From the NCBI GenBank assembly GCA_030390025.1, contig CM059432.1, forward strand, positions 117,740,001-117,804,000: DNA of 64,000 nt, in the 5' to 3' direction. Position 1 is the stretch's first letter. Each line of letters opens with the position of its first letter. Below, in pieces: positions 34,681 through 47,252 of the stretch. This DNA is from Squalus acanthias. Lineage: Eukaryota. The position numbers and the translations under genes are program-made. Below the pieces are notes generated by a model. The model had not been told where the DNA came from. It made no database searches and saw nothing but the letters and a program-made list of their open reading frames with translations.

Positions 34681-36889
34681 GATAACAACTCGCTGTGTGA
34701 AAAATGTTTCCACATGTCGCCTCTGGTTCTTTTGCCAATCACTCTAAATCTGTGTCCTTTGGTTATCAACCGTTTTCCCACTTGAAACAGTTTATCCTTA
34801 TTTACTTTCTCAAAACCATTCATGATTTTGAACTCCACTATCCAATCTCCTTAAAACTTTCTCGCTCTAAGGAGAACAACCCCAGCTTCTCCAGGCTCTC
34901 CACATAACTGAAGTCCCTCCTCCCTGGTTCCATTCTAGTAAATCTCTTCTGCACCCTCTCTAAGGCCTTGACATCCTTGCTAAAGTGTGGTGCCCAGAAT
35001 TGAACACAATACTCCAGCTGAGGCCTAACCAGTGTTTTATAAAAGTTCAGTATAACTTCCTTGCTTTTGTACTCTATGTTCTATGCCTCTTTTAATAAAA
35101 CCAAGGATCCTATATGTTTTTTTTACTAGCCTTCTCAACTTGTCCTGCCATCTTCAAAGATTTGTGTACATACGCCCTCAGGTCTTTTTGTTCCTGCACC
35201 CTTTTAAAATTGTACATATCGCCTCTCCTCATTCTTCTTACCAAAATCTATCACTTCACACTTCTCTGTGTAAAATTTTATCTGCCATGTGTCTGCCCAT
35301 TTTACCAGTCTGTCTATGTCCACCTGAAGTCTGTTGCTATCCTCCACACTGTTTACTACATTTCCAAGCTTTGTGTCTTGTGCAAACTTTGAAGTTATGC
35401 CCTGTATACCCAAGTCCAGGTCATTAATATATATCAAAACGAGTCATGGTCCTAACATCCCTCCAGTCTGAAAAACAACTGTTCACAACTATTCTCTGCT
35501 TTCTGTCCCTTAGCCAATTTTGATTTCACACTTCCACTGTCCTTTTAATCGCATGGGCTTTAATTTTGATAACAAGTCTATTATGTGGTACTTTATGAAA
35601 TGCCTTTTGAAAGTCCATATACACAACATCAACCACACTACCCTCATCAACCCTCTCTTTTACATCATCAAAGAACACGATCAAGTTAGTCAAACAGGAA
35701 TTGCTTTAACAAATCCGTGCTAATTTTCATTTATTAGTCCATATTTTTCCAATGCCAATTAATTTTGTCCTGGACTATTGTCTCTAATATTTCCCCACCA
35801 CCAATGTTAGGCTGATTGGCCTGTTATTGCCGAGTTTATCCCACTCCCCTTTTTTGAACAGGGTGTAACATTTACAATCCTCCAGTCCTCTGGCACTGCA
35901 CCCATTCTTAAGGAGAATTGGAAGATTGTAGCCTGAGACTCTACAATTTTCATTCTTACCTCCCTCACTAACCTGGGATACATCCCATCTGGACCAGGTG
36001 ACTTTTCTACTTTGAGTATTGCCAACTTTTTAAGTGCCTCCTCTTTATCTATTTTTATCCTACCAATATCACTTCTACCTCCTTATTTACTGCTACATTG
36101 GCAGCATCCTCTTCCCCAGTGAACTCCGATGCAAAGAATTAGTTTAGCACCTCAACCATACCCTCTGCCTCCAAAAGAAGATCTCCTTTTTTGTCCTAGC
36201 CAGCCCCACCATCCCTTTGAATACCCTTTTACTATTTATAAGTTTATAAAATACTTTTGGGCACCCTTTTATCTTAGCCGCTAATCTATTCTCATAATTT
36301 CTGTTTGTTCCTATTATTCCCTTTTTAGATCTCTACTTTCTGTATTCAGATTGGTTCTCGACTGTATTATGAACCTTACATTTGTCATAAGCCTCCTTTT
36401 TCAGTCTCATTTTAATCTCTATATCTTTAGTCATCCAGGGAGCTCGAGCATTGGATGTCCTTCCTTTCCCACTCATGGGAATACATCTACTCTGTACCCG
36501 AGTAGATCCTTGAAGGCCTCCCATTGTTCAGTTACTGTTTTGCCTACCAATCTTTGAGTCCAATCCACCTGGGCAAGATTCCTTTCTAACTCACTGAAGT
36601 TAGCCCTCCTCCATTTAAGTGTTTTTATGCTTGATTGTTTCTTGTCCTTTTCCATAACTATTCTAAACCTAATGATATTGTGATCACTGTTTCCCAATGA
36701 AACATGCTCCACTTGCCCCACTTCATTCCCTAGAACTAGATCCAGCAGTTCTTCCTTCCTCGTTGGGCTGGAAACACACTGATCAAGAATGTTTTCTTGC
36801 ACATATTTCAGGAATTCCTCCCCCTCTTTGCTCGTTACACTGTTCATATTGGGATAATTGCAGTCCCCCATTATCACTACTGTATAGTT

Positions 36890-37023
36890 AGAAACATAGA
36901 AAAATAGGAGCAGGAGTAGGCCATTCGGCCCTTCGAGCCTGCTCCGCCATTCAATATGATCATGGCTGATCCTCTATCTCAATACCATATTCCCGCTCTC
37001 TCCCAAATAGAAACATAGAAAAC
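36890..37023 (-). mobile_element. Very short CR1 3'-tail insertion
   Basis: (AGAAACAT)n + GGAGCAGGAGTAGGCCATTCGGCCC; ATAGTT repeated on both flanks (36884-36889, 37024-37029). Confidence 0.75.
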
Positions 37024-39460
37024 ATAGTTCTGGCATCTTTCTGTAATTTGCCTATCAATTTGCTCCTCTATCTCCTTCCCATTATTTGGTGGTCTATTGT
37101 GTACAGCCAGTAGCGTAATAGCTCCTCTATTGCTCCTTAATTCTAACCAAATAGATTCTGTCTGTGACCCCTCAACTACATAATTCTTTTCCACTTTAAT
37201 AATAGTGTCTTTGATCAATACTGTCACCCCTGCTTTCTTTCCTTCCCTATCTTTCCTGAATACCTTGTAGCGGGAATAGTAAGTTCCCAATCCTCTCCTT
37301 CTTTGAGCCAGGTCTCTGTTACTGCCAGGATATCATAGTTCCAAAAGGCGATTTGTGCTTGTAGGTCACCAACCTTATTTACCACGCTATGTGCATTTAC
37401 GCACATGCAATCTAAACCCATCTTAGACTGCCTCGCATTTGGCACCTGTCTGATCCTTCCTATTTCTGAATTATTCTTCAGTGCTATTTGTTTCTTCCAG
37501 TCCTCTGTGCACCTTCTTTCTCCTCTAATATAAAAAGATATAAGAATAGGACAGGGAACTGGGTTAGGGTAGATACTTCTAGTTGAAGAGCAATGGGCCA
37601 AACGGCCTCCTTCTGAGCTGCAATTTCTGCGATTTTATAACAGGACTGGGAAGTGCAATGAGCATTTGTAGAGTGTGGTTATGTTGGGCTGCATTAATTG
37701 CCAGAACAATGTGAAACATTTTTTTGACAGGCTACTGATGAGAAGTGTTTTTTTTGTGTTCATTTAAATGGACAGACATCCTTTTACAGGCATGCAGTCC
37801 AACCCACCTGCTTCTCTGATATTCACTGTGTCCAGGTTATCCAGTGCCCCGGGGCACAGACCCAGGAAAATGTGCACCATAACGTCACAAGGCATTTCAT
37901 AAGATTGAAGGGGAGGAGCGAGGAGTAGCAGATACTGGGGGAGGAGCCAAGGGGAGGTGATTGAAAGTATAGTCCAGCAGGTAAATTTTGAGGAGGCATT
38001 TGAAGGTGGGGGAGAGAGGCAGCAAGCGGGATTGATTTGGGAAAGGAAATCCAGAGTTCGGGGGTGTGACGGCTACCACCAACGGGAAGGAAAGGGCATG
38101 GGTTGCATTGTAGGCCCAAGTCAGAAGATTGAAGGGTGATCGGACGAATGGCCGGAAAAGGTTGGCCTGGTTTTCAACAAAACTGTGAAGGACTTTGAAG
38201 CTGAGGACAGTGGTGATAAGTAAGCAGGACTAGTAGAGGATAGGATGCTGGTGGTGGATCTCTGCACATGTTCAAAATTTCACGTGAAATAATGAACAGA
38301 AGAATTCTTCACAGTTACGTTGCTAAAGTTGCCACATACTGAGACCAGAGGAATTCTTCTTTCATGCCTTGTGCTACCGGCGGTACTGATTTAGTTGCTG
38401 CCTTCCTCCCCCTCACCAAGTGCATTGAGTTCTGTAATTTTTTTCACCACTCACTTTTACCGGAAAGTGAATAAACCTTTCTTTTACATTTTTAGATTCT
38501 GACGTTTTTTTAAGCAACACAAATATGAAGGGTCTCAAGTGTCTCAACGCCATCACAGGCATCAAAACTGTCACCAGGCAATGAAGGACTCGCTGCTGCT
38601 GATTTTTCCAAGGTTTCTGCTCTGCAGCACTTTGTGGGTCTTTACACTATAAAGAGAATAATAGATGTTGGGCTATGTGTTACAGGCAGTAACAAGCTTC
38701 AGCGGTTTTTTGATGTCTTGAATCAGAGAACAAAGGTCCAGTAGTTTCTGCTTGAAAGTATATATTTTCTTAAAGAGTGTCCATTCTCCTTTACTGGGAT
38801 GTAATTCTCAATTAATTGCATAGCTTAAGTTAATATAAAATATAACTAACACTTCATAATAATAATCTCATATTACTGGGATTCATTTCAATGAGGTGGC
38901 TTTAAACAATTATGATTACTGTGTGCAATATGTCTTATTCAAACACTTACCATTTCACCTGCAAAAAGGGATTAATTGTCCATGCAGCAGGTGAAATGTC
39001 ATATCTCCAGCAAATTCTGTGGGTAACATTTAATGCTGAGGTCGGTGCGACTACACACATTATAAATCTTGCTTTACCTCTCTACCTTTTGCAATATCTA
39101 AGGGGGAGAAATTAATTATCGCCCAGGAATGGGCGCTAACTTTGGAAAAGTTTGAGATTTAGCGTCAGGCGCTAATGAATCTCGCTGTACGCAAAATTCA
39201 GTGTCACCGCTCAAAGAAAGGATGGGAGCGCTAAATCAAGCGCTAACAGCCTAGCTCAGTGGCGTTAGACTCAAAGCGCTAACCAATTTCAGGGGCAGTC
39301 GAATCGCAAGTCATCATTGCTATAGGCTCTTTACAGTTCTTAAAGGGGAGGTTCAATCATGCCGCAGAACCTCATTCTCAGCGTTGCTGGTTCTGCAGCT
39401 GTCTCAGCAAGCAGCAGAAGGCCAAGGAGAAGGAACCGGACCACTGAAGGAGGCGTCATT

Positions 39461-40848
39461 ATGGCAGATCAACGGTCCAAGGACAGAGCTCGCAGATTCT
39501 GCCGCCAAGCATTGGAGGCCTTGGTCCTCGCTGTGGAGAGACGGAGGGTGGTGCTGTACCCAGCAAGTGGTAGGAGGCCCTCACCACAAGTCTACCGCGC
39601 CATGTGGAGGGAGGTAGCCCAGCAGGTCTCGGGCAGCACTGTGGTCCCCAGGACCCACACACAGTGCAGGAAGAAATTTAACAACCTCACTCGGGTGGTC
39701 AGGGTGAGTCAATGCTTCAACAAATGCTACATACCACCATCTGTAACACAAACTTCACACACTGGCCAAAGCACCAAACCCACAGAACTCACCCACCAAC
39801 AATCTCCACCTACCAACACTCACACCCACATCTCACACCTTGCACACAATGATAGCTCTTCAACTATGGCAGGCACATCTCCCAAACACATTGCTTCACA
39901 TTCATTCACACACTTTCCTCTCTCTTGCAGGCCAAGGTTGCTCACAACAGGAGGGAGCAGGAGCGCACAGGCGGGGGACAACCTGACACCCAACCACTGT
40001 CTGAGCTGGAGGAAAGAGTGCGAAAATCACAGGCCACCAGGTGGTGGGTGCCGTGGCCACTGGCAACATTGATCCCCTTGGGGACAACAATGGTATGTTC
40101 ATCCCGACTCCTTCTTCTCACATCCCACTTCCCCCTAACCCACAAGCCTTTCCCACTTTCCAGCTAATCATGTTGTATGCATGCCTTTCTCCCTTCCTGT
40201 CCCCCTCCCCTCACCTTAACCCGACCTTGTGCCTTTATACTTTCAGATAATGAGCAAGCAGCTGAGCAGCTTGTCCCTGAGGGCACCGTAGAGAGCGAGG
40301 CGGGAGAAGAGGAAGATGAAGAATACACCGCGTCACTGCATGTCTCACCCGCAGATATCAGCTCAGATACTGGCACTACACATTCTTTAGAGGCTAGTAT
40401 AGTACAGGAAACTCTTTATTAACCGGCACCGACGGGACCGGCATGGTGCCGGTTAATCAAAAAGTCCAGATAACGGAGAGTTATATCTCCCAACGTACGA
40501 GAGCCCCGTACACATTGACATGCGCCTGCATTCGGAGCTCCGTCTCCCCGGGGACCGCCAGCTGACCATCTGTCGTGTCCGCTGCCTACCCGGGCTGCAC
40601 ATTCCCCTCCCAATCTACACGCTCCGATACAAGGCAAACGCCTCGGGGTGTTTTTTAAAGTTAATTTTAAACGAGAGATGAAGGTAAACCCCGGTTACCT
40701 ACTCAAGAATTTTGCCGGTTAAGAGAGATTTCCGGATATTTGGGTGCCGGTTAATAAAGAGTTTCCTGTAGCGGGATCTGCACAGGGTGAGGCACTGTGG
40801 ATGAGCAGGCTGCAGGAAGGCCAGGGGGAAAGGGTAGCTCGGGGGTAA
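39461..40848 (+). pseudogene. Harbinger Myb/SANT-like pseudogene (exons 39461-39703, 39931-40092, 40247 onward)
   Basis: RARRFCRQALEALVLAVERRR..RTHTQCRKKFNNLTRVVR|GTGAGT; TTGCAG|AKVAHNRREQERTGGG; exon 2 is 162 nt versus 163 in the intact copy (frameshift); exon 3 is interrupted by a MITE and truncated. Confidence 0.85.
40405..40768. mobile_element. Tc1/mariner (pogo/Tigger-like) MITE, 364 bp
   Basis: Perfect 26-bp TIR CAGGAAACTCTTTATTAACCGGCACC; TA on both flanks (40403-40404, 40769-40770); extra internal GCCGGTTAA motifs. Confidence 0.9.
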
Positions 40849-43121
40849 GGCCTCCTGTTGAGAGCCCTGATGGCCCTCCTCCTCCCTCTGACCACATGTT
40901 CCAATCTTTCTCGCTGCCTCTGCTCCCTCCACCGTAGATCATGGAGGGCGAGGTCGACTGCCAGTACAGCCCCCCATTAAAGTAACCAAGTGTAGCACTT
41001 TGATATCTTGTCAGAATAAATAATTTTGAATTGCCACAACACTCCTGAAAGTAAAGAACCTTTAAATGACTGAATTAAACTCTTGCACAATCGCAAACTG
41101 ACAAGGAAACAGTGAAACAGCACTAAGCCTGACAGCTGTGACTGATCCCTTTAAATATCGCTCCTGGAGCCGCCATCAGCCTACTTCACACCTCCTCTTC
41201 CTGTCGTTGTTGGGGCGAGGCGCTAAGGCAATGGGTGATAATCAATTTGGCAGATCGGGCGCTCAGTAAGCGTTGCACTCTCACTGACGTCATGATCTGC
41301 CTGGCGCTAAAGTCTTAGGTGCTAACTGTTAGTGGTGGTGCTAAGGGGCAACTGGATTTGCGTGCGGCATTGGATTCACCTCGCCCCAACGCTACTGCAT
41401 TAGCACCCCACCAGGCGCTAACGGGAGGCGCTAAGCAACTGAATTTCTCCCCCTAACTATTTACACCGGATCCAATATAATATAATGGGGATGAAATTGG
41501 GTTTTGTAGTTGCCATTTTTTAGCTGCTAAGCGGCCTCCTAATGCTCGAAAATGGCGTCCGAGATGTGCGTGTACACTTCCGATGGGATGTGCGACAGAC
41601 GCTATCTTTGCACGCGCACCTAACAACTGCCAGCAACATGCAGAGCAGGCAAATTATGGTGTCAATCAGTGTGTAACCATATTCGAGCGCCAGACTCCAG
41701 CCTACATCATTTCTTATCATCGCACAGCTGAACACGATTTTAAACGGCTTGAAGGACCACCCCAGCAGCACTATTTAAAGGGATCATCAACTATTTACAG
41801 GTAAGTTGCTGGATTATTTCTTCTGGCTGTTGGTGCAATTGCAAATGTTTTTGGAGCTTTCCTATACTTGCCTACAGTTTGAGTAGTTTACAGGGAGTGG
41901 TCTGGCTGGTGCTGAAGTACTTTGCTTTTTGATTATAAGGCTTGTGCTGAAAGAAGTTGCTTCCAGACATGAATGGTGTGGTAGGGTTTCCTCTGGGAAT
42001 TGAACATGACTGGGAGAATGAGTAGAGGCCATGTAGAGCAGGACAAGCTGCTAGAAGAGAGAGGAGGAGGAGGGGGAGATGGGGTCTCAGCAGGAGGCCA
42101 TATCCACTGAGGGTCTTTAGGGAGCAAATCTCTTACCTCAACTTCAGCGAGGACCAGTGCTTGAGACATCTTTGCTTAACAAAATAATTTGTGACTGAAA
42201 TCTGCCAACTACAGCAGCCACAATTGCAACTTCAAAGTAAGACAAGGACAGCATTGCCTGTGGTTATCAAGGTGACCGTGGCTTTTAACTTTTATGTGTC
42301 TGGCTCCTTCCAGCTGCTGCTGGAGATATTAGCAACATCTCTCACCCTCCAGTGGGCTGGCACCTGCACTATCCTTTCCCCCCCACCATGGCTCCTGCGC
42401 ACTTGTGCCGGTGTCTCATCACATGCAGATCGCTCCTCTATCCAAGCCTCTAAAATATGCGCAGTGTCAGTCTTTGAGCTGGTGGCTGCGAGTGTAAGAT
42501 TTAGTGATGATGTGTCTTCATCTTCAGTGTCTTCTTCCTCTTCCTCCACTGACTGGGAAGGCTTCAGTTTTTGGTTTTCTGAAATGAAAAAGGGACAAGG
42601 CTTGGATTGTGTTGAGGGGAGAGGAGAAAGTAAGAAGTGCATGCTTACACCATCTGCAGCTTCTAAGTCAGAAGAAATTGAAGGATGATGGAGAAGTGGG
42701 ATGAGAGAAGGAGAATTAGGTAAGCAGATACCCTCATCATCGATCCCTCCTGACCCGCCAGTGGCCACAGCCTCAGTGATGCCCCTTCCCACGATGGCCA
42801 GCACTGTCTCCTCCATGGAGGTTAAAACATGCAGGCATGCTTGTCCTCCTCCAGTTCTTTGCTGCTGCCTGCTGTTATGCACCACCTTCTCCTGCAAGAA
42901 AGAGGGATGTGTGTCAGTGAGTCTCGTGTAATATGTTTGGGTGATGTTGCTGTCATGGTTGAATAGCTGTCAGTGTGTGCGAGCTGTGAGTTGTGGGCGT
43001 GAGGCTCGCAACTGTGCTAAGTGTGTGATGGTGAGGTAAAGCATATGAATTGAAGGGTTGAGTACTGATTGATAGAGATTGTTGGTAGGTGGGTGATAGG
43101 GGTGCAGAGAATTGAGCAGTG

Positions 43122-45970
43122 CGTAAGGTTTCCAAATTATGCAGATCCCCAAAACTTAAGGAAAAAAGACTTTGGAACTACCTCAGAGTGATAAAATTGC
43201 ATTTGGGCCTAACCTAAGAGACTGTAAGACCAAAAAACAAGTTTTGGCATTTTAAAACTATGTCTGGGCCTGTAAAGGGAGAAAAGGCTGCAAAAGAAGG
43301 TGGGTTCAACCTCTGTAAAAGCAGTTTTGGTTATTGCAGTTAATTGCACTGTCTGGGGAACCGGGATGACCCTACTCAAGCCCCAGCAAGCATTAACATT
43401 TTGACAATAGACCCTGGGAGAAGACAGTCCCACCCAAAATAACAGGCCCCATCAAACTGATTACAGGGCCCATCAGAAAACATGCATAATACAAATCACT
43501 CAGGACTAGGCTATAGAAAAGACTGAGTCCAGCCTAGAAACCCAAAACATGAAACCAATCACCAGAGATCAGCCAAGGAGATCGACAGGATGCAAACCAT
43601 CCCAAAATCCACTTGACACTTACAGAACAGTTGCTGGTAACAGGCCCGCCAAAAATCAGACAATGAACTGAGCAGATTTGGCAAGTAGATAAGGCCATGT
43701 TCAATGGGTGAGATTGAAGGCCTGTTAAAAACCCAGTTAACGTGCTAGTAAGTCGTTACCGATTTACGAGCCCGCCAAAAACCAGACAATGAACTGAGTA
43801 GATTTGGCGGGTAGATAAGGCCACTTCAATTTTGTATAATTGAAGGCCCACCAAGCACACACAACAGTTCAAAAGTTGGGAGTCGAGCAGTCAGTCGCAA
43901 CCGGTGGTCATCAGAAGAAGAAGAGACCAAGAAGAAGAAGACCCGAGCTGGAAGCGAGTCGGCATCGCTCACCACTCAGACACACCTGAGTCCAGCTCAT
44001 GAAGATACCACCTTGACGGACCTCCAACAACAGTCCCAACACAGTCACCCGGAGCAACAAGCAGCAACAAGTCACCGACAGCTTCACGAGGTCGACCGAC
44101 ACACTAAACAAGGCCTAAAGCCATCGCGGAAACCAAAGGCCTCACGAAACCAACAACCGCGCATTCCCCCCAACTGACCGGGTAATAGCAGGCCACCGCG
44201 ACCAACAAAGACCAACTCCAGGGAAGAAAACCCGAAGAACCGCAAAGTTTCCACACTACAAACTATTCCTGACTTACCCCTGGGTAAGATTTTCCCCAAA
44301 GACTCTAAACCCTACTGCTAAACCAAAGATATTGGGTACTCACCAGATAAATCCAAAATGAAATCCTACCGCATCAGCGGACTCGCGAAGACTGACCAGA
44401 GACCCAGGTGAAGTCCTCTACCGCGTATAGGGTACGGCAGACACTAACCATCATAAACAGCGAACCCCAAAACTGAGATTTAACCCAACTGTCAAAGGAT
44501 TGGTGAGCATTATCCCTGGTCCTTCAAAACCTAACTTAGCTAGTAAAGTGGGGTTGGGAGGGGTGAAGTATTGTTCTACTGTGTAGGGTTCTCAAAATTC
44601 CCACATTCCCCAGAGTTATTAATAAGGGGTACCCTCGACAAAGTGGCTTCTAGACCTCGTGGCAGAAGCCTGCGACATTGAACAGAAACCAGGGCCCTGC
44701 AAAAACAGCAGGCCAGGTGACATGCCCGGTCAGACCTCAGTACAGGCTGCCAAAGGAGGCGGGGCTGACCTCTACAGACAATGTTGTATATTACAGGTGA
44801 TCGGCCTGTCTCCAGCCCCATCAAACTGTTTAGCATTTATACAAAGAAGTAAAGGCAATACAAATGAACAACCATCAGACCAGCAATCATCCTCCACTTA
44901 ACAAATATTTAATATCGTTAAAGGCCATCTCCTGCCATTAAAGTTAACTACCTTAACGAGCCCAGCAGAATTAAACAAAGCACTGGGAAGATTTGGCGGG
45001 CAAATAAGGAACAATCGAACAGTATAACTTTAGACTGGAACAAGCCGGAGTTCTACAGAGACGAGTTCTACAAGCTGGTGTGCTACAGAGACCTGTGCTG
45101 GAACAAGCAGGAGTTCTACAGAGACGAGTTCTACAAGCCGGGGGCTACAGAGACCTGTGCTGGAACAAGCAGGAGTTCCACACAGAGAGGCCACAAGCAG
45201 GACCGCTGAAGCACAGGAGTTCTCCAGTACACAGTTCAACAGAAACAAGACCATTCAACAAAGAAGGCCAGCAGCTCCAGAAACAGACCGACATGCAAGA
45301 AACCAGAGCAACAGTTCCAGTGACCATCAAACACCTCGAGGCACAAGGGCCTTATGAAACTTTTTTACTTAAAAGGACTTTAAACCATATCTCAACTGTC
45401 AAAGGATTCGTTTGGTGAGCATTATCCCTGGTCCTCAAGAGTCTAACTTAGCTAGTAAAGTGGGGTTGGGAGGGGTGAGGTATTGTTCTACTGTCATTTC
45501 CCTCGTTTGTACCAAAGTTAAGATTGGCATGTTATGTTTCATCTCTGTTAAATAAACATTGGTTTTCCTCGCACCGATCCACGGGTCTGTTCGTTTGTCC
45601 TTATCGCCGCTCGATAAGTCCTGGGCTCAGAACTAGGAAGGGAATAGCGATTCGCAACTGCACAGCGGGCAGAACAGTCCAGGAAAACATAACTGGCTGA
45701 CCTACAAATAAGCCCGAGACAAAAACCCCTTACAACTGTCATTTCCCTCGCTTGTACCGAAGTGTTCCCCACCTTTAGAGTGTTAAGAGTGTTATTATTT
45801 GTGTCTTACCTTTTAATAAAGATTGAAGTTCTTTCATCAAACTCAGTTGTCTGCTGCACCTTTGTATCACAACCCCCAAATAAGTCCAAGGTCTAGAACC
45901 AAGGGTGTGGGAGCGATTCGAACCGCTCAGAAGTCAGAAGTAAAGCTGACACAAACCACCACCCCCTACA
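43122..45970 (+). mobile_element. Solo LTR (LTR-2; ~1,692 bp without the nested LTR-3) in Harbinger Myb intron 1
   Basis: 4-bp TSD AGTG (43118-43121, 45971-45974); termini CGTAAGG (TG>CG) ... CCCCTACA; TATAA 43835; AATAAA 45815; duplicated ~54-bp enhancer-like block at 43644 and 43770. Confidence 0.85.
44582..45734 (+). mobile_element. Solo LTR (LTR-3; 1,153 bp) nested in LTR-2
   Basis: TGTAGGG...CCCTTACA termini; 4-bp TSD ACTG (44578-44581, 45735-45738); TATAA 45023; AATAAA 45551. Confidence 0.88.
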
Positions 45971-47252
45971 AGTGGATGAGTCGAGTGATGCAGTTGGTAG
46001 GATATGCCATTTGAAGGTAAACTGACTGACCTTGACAACTCGTGTGAGATTGTTAAACTTCTTCCTGCACGGCATCCATGTTCTTGGAGCATCACTCCTG
46101 GCATTGACCTCTGTCGCTACTTCTTCCTACTGCCTCCTGAGTATCTGTCTGAAGGGCCTCCTGCCGCCCTGTGGATACAGGATGTCGCTCCTTCTGTTCA
46201 CCTGTTCCACCAAGACCTCCAGTGCAGTGTCTGAAAACCTTGGTGCTCGCTCTTTCGCATGTTCAGCCATTGCTTAAAGTATCAGAGCCCAGATGGCCTT
46301 TTGAAAAAACTCCCAGCCCTTCCTGCAGCCACACTGCACCTCCCTTTAAGAGGCACGGGCTGCTAATTAACGGCACGGGGAGTGCTGGCCGCACGTAACG
46401 ATCATTTAAAAGAGCAGGCAGCACCAATGAACCAGTGCTGGCTACAACACAATGAACGGTCGCGGGTTAATCGCGCACCATGATCAGCACGCCTGTTTTC
46501 AGGAGTTAGCCAATTTCTCCCCTGTAAAGTAACTTTCAGTATACCCACAGTGAGGAACGCTGCCAAGTTTGTATTGCACGGTGGAATTTAGGGTTGGTGA
46601 TAATTTTGTTTGTCACAAATAATCTTACAGATTAAGGCTTCAACTGTACTGCAGGTCGCAATCTGAGGCAGACTGCATAGTACATGATATACTAGGAGTG
46701 CCATATGGGTGGAGTGGCAGCCAGAATCTCAGCTGCCAGCTGCCATTGCAGGGATGTTGGCTGCCCCTACAGTGCCTCCATTTTATTTGATTGAGGTGAT
46801 GAGTTTCCTAAATCCACAGTCCAATGTCTGGAGTGTCGCTCAAGCAAGGCTTAGGCCCACATTGCATCCAAACGGGGGGCTAATGGGCCTTCCACACACT
46901 TGCTGTGCGGGCTGTACGTGCTGACTATAATCTCTGCATATTATGGAATGTGGAATGCATGGAAACTGAATAGGCTCCAGCATGCAAAAATGTAAAACCT
47001 GAAGTATTGTGGCACTTCAGACGCTAAACAATGTTTTGTTATACAATTCCAGTAGAGCTATGATGTAGTGGAGGCTGGGAACATGTTGTGAGTGCACTAC
47101 AACTACCATTTATTTAGTATTGCATCGTGAACCGTTAGTGTATACTGTGCACCAAGTCTGCACAGCAGCAGTTGACATGTTGAAATTGCAGCAGTATCGT
47201 GGCGAGGGATGAATTTGCCTCTATTGTGGTTGGTTTCCAACAAAAAAAACAA

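Larger units (their letters stand above)
23030..37530 (-). mobile_element. Old CR1 LINE in pieces (23030-23153, 28468-28545, 34682-37530) hosting a nest of younger elements
   Basis: Junctions rejoin: ..TTTCCCCTTCAA|GTATTTATCCAATTCCC.. and ..TTCCAGATC|ATAACAACTCGCTG..; RT/APE fragments IYINDLDLG, KSPGPDG, NAHSVVNK in 35204-37601. Confidence 0.8.
39102..41453. mobile_element. Harbinger internal-deletion derivative (2,352 bp) keeping Myb exons 1-2 and the start of exon 3 plus the transposase 5' end
   Basis: Perfect TIRs GGGGGAGAAATT / AATTTCTCCCCC; TSD TAA; deletion junction near 40845 joins Myb exon 3 to the transposase N-terminus RRRRAIRALNRRPYP (minus). Confidence 0.92.
41487..46523. mobile_element. 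Decayed Harbinger derivative, opposite orientation: transposase N-terminal remnant (+, ~42040-42345) and Myb pseudo-exons (-, 46270-46031, 42891-~42732, 42578-~42345)
   Basis: Ends GGGGATGAAATTGG / CCAATTTCTCCCCT; RRPYPLRVFREQISYL..VTEICQL..KVTVAFNFYVSGSFQ; MAEHAKERAPRFSDTALEVLV..CRKKFNNLTRVVK with an in-frame stop; EKVVHNSRQQQRTGGG; TSD not recognisable. Confidence 0.8.

Noticed and set aside
38496..38610. Possible host exon after TTTTACATTTTTAG
   Set aside because: No frame gives a recognisable peptide bounded by a good donor
45875..45970. tRNA-like or ribozyme structure at the LTR-2 3' end (reverse GGTTCGAATC)
   Set aside because: Hairpins are present but there is no cloverleaf or hammerhead core; kept only as a conserved U5 hairpin
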